Shown: piece by piece, positions 29,145-38,057 of the stretch
Layout: every line of letters starts with the position of its first letter
Numbering within the stretch: the stretch's first letter is position 1
NCBI GenBank assembly: GCA_048938005.1
Contig: JBHLMQ010000001.1
Coordinates: forward strand, 64,001 to 128,000
Direction: 5' to 3'
Source of the DNA: Promethearchaeota archaeon
GTDB lineage: Archaea; Asgardarchaeota; Lokiarchaeia; Sigyniarchaeales; SOKP01
DNA: 64,000 nucleotides
Translations under genes and position numbers: made by a program
Notes under the pieces: generated by a model
Told to the model about the DNA's origin: nothing
What the model saw: only the letters and a program-made list of their open reading frames with translations
Databases searched by the model: none

Positions 29145-30071
29145 TTAACCAAATATTGTTGGGCGTAAAAAGTAGAATAATATCGCAACTAAAACACCAA
29201 TGATAATAGTAGGGATTAATACTCGAGTAGTTGAAGAATTACTTAATTCTCTCATAGCTAGGGTCATCAAAATAGGAACCCATACTGCAATAGTTAATGC
29301 ATCAATTATATCTAATATTGCCCAGGTTCTCGCATTAAACATTTGATTTAATACTGTGTCATCAAAAGGAGTAATAATAGCAGTAGTTACACTCGGAAAG
29401 GCGAATAGAATAATTAATATTTTTAAAGAATTTATCAATAAAAATGGTGTGAATGCACATAACATCATTTTGAATTTATGTGATCCTTCTAATTGTAGCA
29501 TTGTACCACCTTTATATATACTGAATGGACTTACATCTGCTTCTTTATATTTTTCTTTTTGTTCTTTAAATGAGCCAAAACGCTTTTCTAATTTATCTGT
29601 GAATCCTACAGCATAATTAGCTCCTTTACTAAACAACCATATTAGAATTGCAAAAAAAATTAATTCAAAGCAGAAACCAAATACAAAAAAAGTAGCAAAA
29701 AAACTTATATTAAACAAGAAGTGTGTGAGTGAAAAAGCAGGGGCGTTACTAAAGTTAAAATGTGAAAGAAATGCTATGCCCATTAGGCCATATAATATTG
29801 AACAAAATAATAAAATCAGCCATCCTGGTGCTTTACTTCTTTTATGATTGATATCATGAAAAGCTTTTGGGGCATTCACAAAAAGATAAAAAATTTTCAT
29901 ATACCATGGGTATGGAGCAGTCCATTCTGCTTCATATCTTCTAAAAAACCTAATTTTTTCAATCCTTTCAATTTTTAATCTAAAACCACAGAAATTACAG
30001 GCAAAACTATCAGCAGTATTCTCGTTTCCGCATCTAGGACAACGCTGAAATGCTGCAACTGTCTGAGACAT
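29145..30071 (-). CDS. Zn-ribbon plus Yip1-like multi-pass membrane protein
   Basis: CPRCG...CNFCG, LFVNAPKAFHDI (Yip1-like 'P..F'), five TM helices. Confidence 0.65.
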   Translation of the reverse strand: MSQTVAAFQRCPRCGNENTADSFACNFCGFRLKIERIEKIRFFRRYEAEWTAPYPWYMKIFYLFVNAPKAFHDINHKRSKAPGWLILLFCSILYGLMGIAFLSHFNFSNAPAFSLTHFLFNISFFATFFVFGFCFELIFFAILIWLFSKGANYAVGFTDKLEKRFGSFKEQKEKYKEADVSPFSIYKGGTMLQLEGSHKFKMMLCAFTPFLLINSLKILIILFAFPSVTTAIITPFDDTVLNQMFNARTWAILDIIDALTIAVWVPILMTLAMRELSNSSTTRVLIPTIIIGVLVAILFYFLRPTIFG

Positions 30072-30195
30072 TCTTTCTAATATATTTTAATAATTTTAAT
30101 AATAATCATATAATAAAATAATCTTATAAACATTTCTTCAAATTTTGAAATCATCTTATAATTAGAATTTTCTGTAAATAGGTATTTCGTATCAA

Positions 30196-31257
30196 TTACC
30201 GAAATTCTATTATGAAATGTGCGTTTTCTTTTTTAATATAATATTTTCTGTTTAAAAATAATTTAATTAATTCTAAATTAGTTTTAGTATGATTTGTAAT
30301 CTCGAGTACTTTTATTCTTGACGGCTCCTTAGCGAAAGCCATGAATGGTATTAATTGATCGCTTAAATAATTGTCAACGGGAATCTCTTTTTTAATATAT
30401 TTGACAAGTTCATTAACAGCCAGTTTAGCAAGATTTTCTGAAGTAATATTTCTTTCTCCTAGTATTGTTCCTGAAGAAATGATAGCTCCCGTATCTGAAC
30501 AAGCCCATAAAGAAAGTCCTACCCCTGGACTCAATGAATTTACATATTTAAAATCAATTTTAATATCCGTTTTTAGATTTTTCTTTAGTTGTTCAAGTGC
30601 AGATTTTTGTATTCTCTCGCCCACCTTATTTCTTCTTAATTGATTAGTAATTATTATTTCTCCCTGAATTAAATCTAAGTTTCCTAATTCGATTAGAGAG
30701 ATAGGCATAATCTTATTTTTGGGAGGGAATAGAGTACATTTTACAAGAGCACCTCCTTTTGGATAAAAACCATGTTTCTGAATATCAACATCAATCTTAA
30801 AACCATAATTTTTAAAAATCTTATATGTAACTTCTTTAAGATAATTAAGACTTGGAGCCCATTTGCCAAAAGTTCCCCCTCCATCGACTAAAATTTCAAT
30901 TTTTTCTTGTCCGTTGAATCTCATACAAGCTATCTGGACAGGTTGAAGTAACAGTCCTATGCTTCCAGCTGTTCCAATCTCAACCTTAATATTATTTTTT
31001 ATTGATTGATAAGGGTGTAATGTGATTTCTGTAGTCCCAACTCTACATTCAGATAATTTGCTATTTGTTAATTCCGATAATGTTTTTAATCCCATTAAAT
31101 GTTGTAACCTTAATCCAGGTTTAGGTCTATTTGCTCTTATATTTTTTATTCGAATTGATCGCATAAATAATACTGAAAATCCTGCTCCTATTCGAAGTAT
31201 TGCACCTCCACCTTCTCCGAAAGAGCCATCAATATCTAAAAATTTCCCTACTGCCAT
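30196..31257 (-). CDS. rtcA: RNA 3'-terminal phosphate cyclase
   Basis: IDGSFGEGGG, NIRANRPKPGL, GFYPKGG, YLSDQLIPF, HTKTN. Confidence 0.95.
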   Translation of the reverse strand: MAVGKFLDIDGSFGEGGGAILRIGAGFSVLFMRSIRIKNIRANRPKPGLRLQHLMGLKTLSELTNSKLSECRVGTTEITLHPYQSIKNNIKVEIGTAGSIGLLLQPVQIACMRFNGQEKIEILVDGGGTFGKWAPSLNYLKEVTYKIFKNYGFKIDVDIQKHGFYPKGGALVKCTLFPPKNKIMPISLIELGNLDLIQGEIIITNQLRRNKVGERIQKSALEQLKKNLKTDIKIDFKYVNSLSPGVGLSLWACSDTGAIISSGTILGERNITSENLAKLAVNELVKYIKKEIPVDNYLSDQLIPFMAFAKEPSRIKVLEITNHTKTNLELIKLFLNRKYYIKKENAHFIIEFR

Positions 31258-31260
31258 GAG

Positions 31261-32385
31261 TTATTTACTTTTTTTATACAAAGACTGTATTCGATTAATT
31301 CCATTGATTTCTTCAATTAATTCAACTATTTCTTTTGGAACTAAAGTTTTCCACGTTTTATTATTCTTTATAATTAGATTTCTAATATTATTTCCATTAA
31401 ACTTTTTATTAAAAATGGTTAGTTTTTTCTCAACCTTAATTCCTTTATTAAAAAATAATTCTCTTACCCAATCACTATTAGAAAAAATTGAATTAAATTC
31501 CCCTACAATTGAGACTACATGATCTACCCATTTTTTAGCATTAAAGATATCTGGAATATAATATATTTCATATCTCTTGGACTGGAAACCCCTTTTTTCT
31601 AAGGATGCATTGAGAAATTTTTTTCGTTCTTCGCTAGTAAAGGGATCATTTAAAGTGTGGGATAATTGGGAGCTTCCTATTCCAATTTTTACTTTTTCAT
31701 ATGTTTTTAAAATACTTTTAAGAACATAAATATGACCATGATGTAGAGGTTGAAATCTCCCAATAAATAAAGCAATGCTGTTTTTCCCTTCGGTTCGTTT
31801 AATTTCTTTCTCAAAAAGAGATAACACGCTTGTGTTTAATAATTTTTTCCATATTTTTTTTGAATAATCGATATTTCTTCTATGCTCCAACAGATTTAGA
31901 AGTTCAGTCTTATTATAAAACTTACTGAATTTAACATCTAACTCTTTCGGATTAGGATTTAATGGAACATTGCGGTCAACAATTCCTAGAAAAACATATG
32001 CAATCTCATCACCATCAGTATTTATATCATAAAACAGCACTTTTTGAATAGCTTCAGGGGGAATTCCAAATTCTTCTTTAAGTTCTCTTATTGCATTCTT
32101 CTTGATTTTATTCAGATCTAAATTTCTTTCCCAAATTACATGTCCTGAAGAGGAGTCAGTAAAATACTCAGGAAATGTCTTCTTAGAGATTGCGCGTTTC
32201 TGAATTAAATATAAAGGTTCTCCTTTAGATGTTTCAGATAAGATAAAAAATCTGGTAATTAAATGGCTTATTTTTTTATTATGGACCTCTTTTCGTTCCA
32301 TTGGGAAAACATATTTAGATATTTGGCCAGATTGTAAATATTTTTTATTTTCTTCAGTAATGCATGCTAAAATTTCTTTTTCCAT
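31261..32385 (-). CDS. Nudix domain (N-terminal) fused to NMN adenylyltransferase (C-terminal)
   Basis: IQKRA...FP...SSGHV...AIRELKEEFGI (IDI-like Nudix), then FIGRFQPLHHGH, GIGSSQ, DPFT (NadM). Confidence 0.88.
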   Translation of the reverse strand: MEKEILACITEENKKYLQSGQISKYVFPMERKEVHNKKISHLITRFFILSETSKGEPLYLIQKRAISKKTFPEYFTDSSSGHVIWERNLDLNKIKKNAIRELKEEFGIPPEAIQKVLFYDINTDGDEIAYVFLGIVDRNVPLNPNPKELDVKFSKFYNKTELLNLLEHRRNIDYSKKIWKKLLNTSVLSLFEKEIKRTEGKNSIALFIGRFQPLHHGHIYVLKSILKTYEKVKIGIGSSQLSHTLNDPFTSEERKKFLNASLEKRGFQSKRYEIYYIPDIFNAKKWVDHVVSIVGEFNSIFSNSDWVRELFFNKGIKVEKKLTIFNKKFNGNNIRNLIIKNNKTWKTLVPKEIVELIEEINGINRIQSLYKKSK

Positions 32386-32396
32386 ATTCTTTACTC

Positions 32397-33224
32397 CTAT
32401 ATTTTGATTGTTATAATATCTCCTACTTTAAAACCTAAATTTTTAGCTGCATTACCTCGGTTAATTGAAATTTCAAGAAAGTTAGAAGAACCAACAAGAC
32501 ATAGTAGAGAATCTACAGGTACACATGAAAAATGAGAAGAAAAAATCCCTTTATAATTTCGTTGTTTAATAATTATGGAGATTTTTGAGCCATCATCTAT
32601 AGTTAAATTTGTATTTTTTATTTTATTTCCAATCATTTCAATAGTTGTTGTTCCATTACCAAAGGAATCTATGTATTGTATTGAACTTTTAATGCTATTA
32701 TTTTTTAAATCCAATTCATAAACTATTGGAAATTTTAATAGATTTTTAAAATTGAAACTTGGACCAAGATCACTTAAAGGAAAATTTTTAAATTTTGTAA
32801 TATAGGCTCCTATTGGTGCCATGATATCTCTACCATGAAATGTTGGTGATACAGGCTGATTAAAATAATCTTTGTTTTTAACATTGATACAAATAGATAA
32901 ATCTGATAGATCAAATACATTTGGAAAAATTCCGTTATTAGGCCCTATGAAAAAATGATTTGACTTTGTTTTTAATGCTATTATTTCTCTGGCACTACCA
33001 ACTCCTGGATCAACAACAGTTATAAAAACAGTGCCTTTAGGAAAGTGATTATATGTAGATTTTAATATGTATGATGCCTCAATTATTGAATATGAAGAAA
33101 TATCATGTGAAATATCCACTATCTTTACAAGGGGATTAATCTTCAATATAACTGCTTTTATAGCGGCTACATAATGCTGACCTCTTGGACCAAAATCAGT
33201 TAATAATGCAATAATAGGTTCCAT
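32397..33224 (-). CDS. SAM hydroxide adenosyltransferase / chlorinase-fluorinase family (DUF62)
   Basis: LLTDFG, VVDPGVGS, GPNNG, TFHGRDI, IDSFGN, LEISIN. Confidence 0.93.
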   Translation of the reverse strand: MEPIIALLTDFGPRGQHYVAAIKAVILKINPLVKIVDISHDISSYSIIEASYILKSTYNHFPKGTVFITVVDPGVGSAREIIALKTKSNHFFIGPNNGIFPNVFDLSDLSICINVKNKDYFNQPVSPTFHGRDIMAPIGAYITKFKNFPLSDLGPSFNFKNLLKFPIVYELDLKNNSIKSSIQYIDSFGNGTTTIEMIGNKIKNTNLTIDDGSKISIIIKQRNYKGIFSSHFSCVPVDSLLCLVGSSNFLEISINRGNAAKNLGFKVGDIITIKI

Positions 33225-33342
33225 TTTGTTTAAAAAGGGTGGATAAATTTCTTTTCAGAAGAACTTTTTATTTGCTATTTTATGAACACAACAAGAATTA
33301 TTCATAGAAAAAATTTATGAAAATTGAAATAAAAAAATCAGA

Positions 33343-34245
33343 TTACTTCTTTTTATATTTTTCATCTACTTCATGGAAACTTCTTAGTGCTTCAGATTTC
33401 AGTCTATATTCTTCCTCTTTGCCAAATTCTACTAATTTCTTGGAAATTTCACTTGCTTTTTTATATAAAATATAGGCTGTATTAAAATCCTCATTTCTAA
33501 GAGCGTTTCTCGCATCTAGTACGAATTTTTCTCTTTCTTTAGATAGTTCAGGGATTTGCCCGCAAAAATCGCCTTTTTCCCTAAGTGAAGTAGCAATATC
33601 CATAATGTAGAAGCTTTCTGCTATTTCTGCTGCTTTATTATAAAATTTGGCTGCTTTTTCATATTCTAAAGATTTAATTGCATTTTCAGCCATTTTGTAG
33701 TATTCTGAAATTTTAGTATGTTCTCTATTTTCAATTTTTTCTACCAATTCTTGAGCAATTTTTCTTTCTTGTTTCTCGCCACTAAGCATGAATTTAGTAA
33801 TGTTAATAATACTAGCCTTTAATGCTTCAGGTTGTAGTATATCTATTAATGGTTCTAAATGCTCCAAATATATATCTTTTAATATTATTTCAAATTCTTC
33901 TCTTGATTTATTAAAAATATTAAGACTTGGAATCTCGAATGCTTCTGCCGCTTCTTTAAGAGATGAACGAAATTTCTCAGGTTTATCGTCTTCATTTAAT
34001 AATAAACCAATTATAATTCCTGATGCTTTCCGAGTTAATCTTCCTTTAAATTTATGATCATACGAAAAAATTTGAAGATCCTTTATTTTTAGCAAATTAT
34101 ACTCATTTTTTGAATGATCAAGATTTAACCTGAGAAATAAATCATTTGTAATTTCAAAATCAGATTTACCCTCCTTAAAATAATACCCCATAATCTTATA
34201 ATCAGAATCGGTTGGAAGTAATATTACAAAACAGCCCATTGGCAT
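33343..34245 (-). CDS. Hypothetical protein with longin-like N-terminal alpha/beta domain and TPR/MIT-like helical C-terminus
   Basis: Beta-strand pattern GCFVILL...IIIGLLL followed by a helix; C-terminal repeats 'YEKAAKFYNKAAEIA' and 'FNTAYILYKKASEIS'. Confidence 0.55.
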   Translation of the reverse strand: MPMGCFVILLPTDSDYKIMGYYFKEGKSDFEITNDLFLRLNLDHSKNEYNLLKIKDLQIFSYDHKFKGRLTRKASGIIIGLLLNEDDKPEKFRSSLKEAAEAFEIPSLNIFNKSREEFEIILKDIYLEHLEPLIDILQPEALKASIINITKFMLSGEKQERKIAQELVEKIENREHTKISEYYKMAENAIKSLEYEKAAKFYNKAAEIAESFYIMDIATSLREKGDFCGQIPELSKEREKFVLDARNALRNEDFNTAYILYKKASEISKKLVEFGKEEEYRLKSEALRSFHEVDEKYKKK

Positions 34246-34316
34246 TAAAATTTTCACTCCCTATTGTATATTTTTATTAAATTGGATTGATACCAAAAAC
34301 AAAAAGATATATTGTT

Positions 34317-34739
34317 TTATGATTGACTAGCACTAATAATTCTATTAGTTTCTTCTCTAATAGATTGTATAATGTTTAATAATTGAGCAAAATATAGATT
34401 ATCCGCTACTGTTTTCGAAGCTTGCCTGATAATCTCTATAGCTTTTTTTTCTTCTTCAGTTATTGCTTCAATAGATTTTTTCTCCCAAAGTTCTTTAACT
34501 TTTTGATTAAAATCATCAGAAAGTTCTTGAAGACTTTTGCTAGATTGAACTCTGAATTGTTTTAAGACTTCGACGATTAACCTAATATTCTCTGTTATTG
34601 AAACCGTTTGTTCAGAGAAAGTTTGACTCATTTGGTTAATTGCTGCGCTCATTCGGTTGACCTGAGCTATTGTTCCATCTAAAGAACTCATAATTTGATT
34701 TACTTTTTGGATCATTTCATCTAAAAGTTGTTCTGCCAA
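34317..34739 (-). CDS. Coiled-coil hypothetical protein (TTG start)
   Basis: Heptad pattern throughout; SD GGTGA 6 nt upstream; begins MAEQL like its neighbour (MAEML). Confidence 0.75.
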   Translation of the reverse strand: MAEQLLDEMIQKVNQIMSSLDGTIAQVNRMSAAINQMSQTFSEQTVSITENIRLIVEVLKQFRVQSSKSLQELSDDFNQKVKELWEKKSIEAITEEEKKAIEIIRQASKTVADNLYFAQLLNIIQSIREETNRIISASQS

Positions 34740-34771
34740 TATTTCTCACCTATTTTTAAATAAATTGAAAT

Positions 34772-35185
34772 TTATTGTTCCACCACTTCTTCTTCAACAG
34801 ACTCTTTAAGGCCCTTTACGGAATCAATAGCTTCTGATAATAATAAATTTACCGTATCTTGATTTAGAATACCTTCAGAAAGTTTAGCAAAATCCTCAAG
34901 CTTTTCAATTAAATTTTTAAGAGCATCTAAACCCAGACCATCATGAATAACTTTTAATTCTTTAGTTGCTCCCTCTCCAATTTCTTTAACAGCATCAACA
35001 TGTTTTGTTTGAGTAACGTTTATCTCATTAGAAAATTCTTCTAACTTCGCTGTTAAATTTGAAATCTTTTGTTCAATATTCTGATTAAGAGAATTGAGAG
35101 ATTCATTTAGCTGTTGTATCGCCGCTCCAAGCTGTGCAATCCTTTTATAAATGTTCTGTAAAAGATCAGTTAACATTTCAGCCAT
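34772..35185 (-). CDS. Coiled-coil hypothetical protein
   Basis: Heptad pattern; similar length and start to the downstream neighbour. Confidence 0.75.
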   Translation of the reverse strand: MAEMLTDLLQNIYKRIAQLGAAIQQLNESLNSLNQNIEQKISNLTAKLEEFSNEINVTQTKHVDAVKEIGEGATKELKVIHDGLGLDALKNLIEKLEDFAKLSEGILNQDTVNLLLSEAIDSVKGLKESVEEEVVEQ

Positions 35186-35336
35186 AAAAAATCAACTTTT
35201 TTAATTTTTTTTTGGAATTATAAAAATCTCTTTATTTAACTTCAATTACTAATATAACAGATTACATCAATAAAAAAATTTTTATGTTTTTATTTCCTTA
35301 TCTCTATAATAGATAAAGTCAATCTTTATTATAAAA

Positions 35337-35460
35337 GCTCCCGTAGCTCAGCTTGGTTAAAGCGCGGGTCTTATAAGGCCCTACAGACATACAAAGCAAA
35401 AAAAAAGTGTCTGTATTGCGTAGATACCCGAGATCGGGGGTTCGAATCCCCCCGGGAGCA
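35337..35460 (+). tRNA. tRNA-Ile(UAU) with a 49-nt intron (35377-35425, position 38/39)
   Basis: Acceptor stem GCTCCCG/CGGGAGC plus A73; anticodon stem CGGGT/ACCCG with loop CT-TAT-AA; T-arm GGGGG-TTCGAAT-CCCCC; splice motif TTAT/GTAG with bulges AA^G and AT^A. Confidence 0.85.
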
Positions 35461-35669
35461 TTTTGTTAAAATACTCTTAGTAGTATTAATTAACATACAT
35501 ATTGAAGAAATATATCTTTTCAAATAGTTATGGATGATTTTAAAAACAAATCAAATTTCGTGAAACATCTCTTTTACGTTCTTCCATATATATTTGAATA
35601 ATATCTCAATATATCTTGAAATAAAACTTTTCAATCGATATTAAAGAATAATTTTAGAAAAATAGATTT

Positions 35670-36350
35670 TTATTTATCAAGATTTGAACTGATCAAATCA
35701 AGTAACCATCTTTTTATCTGTGTAAGGTTTTTGAGAATACCCGATACAAGATTTTCAGGAAAATTTTGTTCTTGTTCTAGTCTCTGAGCAGTCTCCATCC
35801 ACTTATTTAAAGCCAATTGTACTAAACTTGCACCTTCAGCTTCCATAAACATTGGGACAACAGCAGCCGATTCTCTTGCATCCCCAATAGCAAAATATAT
35901 CCTTCTGTTTACCCCTTTTAACATTACTAAATTTGCGCATTCATCGAGTTTTCTCTCAACTAAGATACTTTTTAAAATTTGAGTCTTAAACTCTGTATCT
36001 TTTGAAGTAAAATTTTCTTTCCTTCTTTTCAAAGTAGGGTGGATTTCTGTAATTACTTTATTACCTGTTGTTCCCTCACTAAAATATTTAGTAATTTTTA
36101 ATGAGTCATCTAAGGCTTCTATTGATGTAAATTTTTTGCTATTTGAATATAGGATTGCCTTAGAACCACCTTGATCTTCACTGGAAGATAATTTTATATA
36201 AATATTTCTCATAGTAACAGAATTACATGTATGATAAGCTAACTCAAACATTTCTCGAGGCGTTAAAGAGCCATACGGTACTTCTATTTGTTTAAAAAGC
36301 CATTGGGAAGTAATGACATTATTAAATTGGTTTAAAAGACGGTTTTCCAT
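35670..36350 (-). CDS. Conserved-looking hypothetical protein downstream of SepSecS
   Basis: 226-aa ORF with normal composition and SD AAGGA; no family recognised. Confidence 0.7.
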   Translation of the reverse strand: MENRLLNQFNNVITSQWLFKQIEVPYGSLTPREMFELAYHTCNSVTMRNIYIKLSSSEDQGGSKAILYSNSKKFTSIEALDDSLKITKYFSEGTTGNKVITEIHPTLKRRKENFTSKDTEFKTQILKSILVERKLDECANLVMLKGVNRRIYFAIGDARESAAVVPMFMEAEGASLVQLALNKWMETAQRLEQEQNFPENLVSGILKNLTQIKRWLLDLISSNLDK

Positions 36351-36473
36351 TACGAATTCCTTTCTGTCGAATTAATTTTATTCGTATAATTTTTATTAAA
36401 ATATAGAACTTCTAGTTTTTATTTATTTTTATTTCTGTTTAAATAGAACTTCAAAACTTATGCATTTTTTCAA

Positions 36474-37838
36474 TCAAAGGACTATTTGATTATATGCTTT
36501 TTCAAATCTTTCGACAGCAGAAAGAATATCATTTTCTTTTGCACCAATTGCGGCATTCATAACAATATAAGGTGTCTGATAATTATCACAACAAGTTCCA
36601 AATGCTTTCTCTTGTGGGTTATAGACTCTAGGTCCAGTAACTCTTAAATTATATAAGGCTCCTCCAAGAGCATAAAATTGTTCTTCTTTCAAATTACTTA
36701 AAGATAATGCAACTGCTACTGGATTATAAATATCAAGAATTCTTTCATTTATTTTTTCTGCAACTTCTCTAAGTCTTCTTTCCAGAGTTTTTCGATTTTT
36801 TTGTTGTTCTTCAATTAATTTCTGATAACCATTAATTCCTAAAGATAACATTGAAATTAAAAAATTCACAACCGGGGTAGCTGAGGCACGTCCAGCATAA
36901 GCTTGGCTTATTTTCGCAATATCTTCTTTAATAGGTGATGCGATTAGAGCTCCACCAACAGGAGTGAGGAAATTCTTATCTGTTGATTGGATTATTGCAT
37001 CGACTCTACCCGCGTCAATTGCAGATCGAATTAATTTCATCCACTCATAACTTTGAACACCGTATGCATTAATAACTATGTGAACAAGCTCATTTTCTTT
37101 AGCAAATTTGCTAATTTCTTTTATATTATCTGGTTCGCGAGGTGGAAAAAAACTGGTTATAGAAATAACAGCAAAACAGTTTTCATCTAAATTAGATTTT
37201 ATATCTTCAACTGGTATTCGTACAGCATCACCAAAAATCTTACCCTTGATGATTTTTGTTTTAAAACCCATTAAATCAATCGACTTCAATAGCGATTTAT
37301 GATCAATTTGAGGAACCAATACGGTACTTTTAGGATTCATATTTTGTTCCCCCCATTCTGGTTTTAAAGCCCCTAAAGTTAAGGATAATGACATTCCAGT
37401 ACACAAAGGGACCACAATCGCATCCTTAATATTGGATAAACCAAAATTTCTTAATATATTTCGAGCTAAGTAGTTAGAGAGATCATACATAATTGAACCT
37501 CCAGGTGCTTTTGGTTGTGGAGCTGTTAAAAAACCACTTCTTCCCACACCGTGACAAAATCCTGCTGATGTTCTTAAATGTAATTTTGAAGCGATCCTTG
37601 CTTCTCTTTCACCTACTCTTGCAGCTTTACTATCTTTATCTGTATCCATATTTGAAAGAGTCTGAAGGAGGAATTCTATTTGTTCTTCAGTCCACGGTTC
37701 TTTTGGGACTGATCTTTGTTCAAAAAGGATTTTTATTGGATTCAAAAACTCTTTTAAAACAAGCTGGCCCCTATTCAACATGTTTTTAGGAATATTTGAA
37801 CCTTCGAAAAATTCAATGATTTTATTAAAATCGACCAT
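36474..37838 (-). CDS. spcS: O-phosphoseryl-tRNA(Sec) selenium transferase (SepSecS)
   Basis: GEREAR, HGVGRSG, QPKAPG, HKS, NAYGVQ, QSTDKNFLTPVGG, YAGRAS; directly downstream of tRNA-Sec. Confidence 0.96.
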   Translation of the reverse strand: MVDFNKIIEFFEGSNIPKNMLNRGQLVLKEFLNPIKILFEQRSVPKEPWTEEQIEFLLQTLSNMDTDKDSKAARVGEREARIASKLHLRTSAGFCHGVGRSGFLTAPQPKAPGGSIMYDLSNYLARNILRNFGLSNIKDAIVVPLCTGMSLSLTLGALKPEWGEQNMNPKSTVLVPQIDHKSLLKSIDLMGFKTKIIKGKIFGDAVRIPVEDIKSNLDENCFAVISITSFFPPREPDNIKEISKFAKENELVHIVINAYGVQSYEWMKLIRSAIDAGRVDAIIQSTDKNFLTPVGGALIASPIKEDIAKISQAYAGRASATPVVNFLISMLSLGINGYQKLIEEQQKNRKTLERRLREVAEKINERILDIYNPVAVALSLSNLKEEQFYALGGALYNLRVTGPRVYNPQEKAFGTCCDNYQTPYIVMNAAIGAKENDILSAVERFEKAYNQIVL

Positions 37839-37871
37839 TAAAAACACTTTTTCTTAATATTAATGATATTT

Positions 37872-37964
37872 TGGCGGCCCTCGAGGGGAATCGAACCCCT
37901 ATCCCTCCGCAGGATAACTGGGTTTGAAGCCCAGCGTCAGAGACCACTCCAACTGTCAAGGGCC
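37872..37964 (-). tRNA. selC: tRNA-Sec(UCA), 9/4 fold, encoded CCA
   Basis: 9-bp acceptor GGCCCTTGA/TCGAGGGCC, 7-bp D-stem GTTGGAG/CTCTGAC, anticodon loop CT-TCA-AA, long variable arm, 4-bp T-stem, G73-CCA. Confidence 0.96.
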
Positions 37965-38057
37965 ATAAAAAATACTTATTTCTAATTCAAATTATTTATC
38001 TTTTTAAAAGAAGTTTTTGGTTATAAACAGTGGCATAAATTCAATTAATAAAAATGA

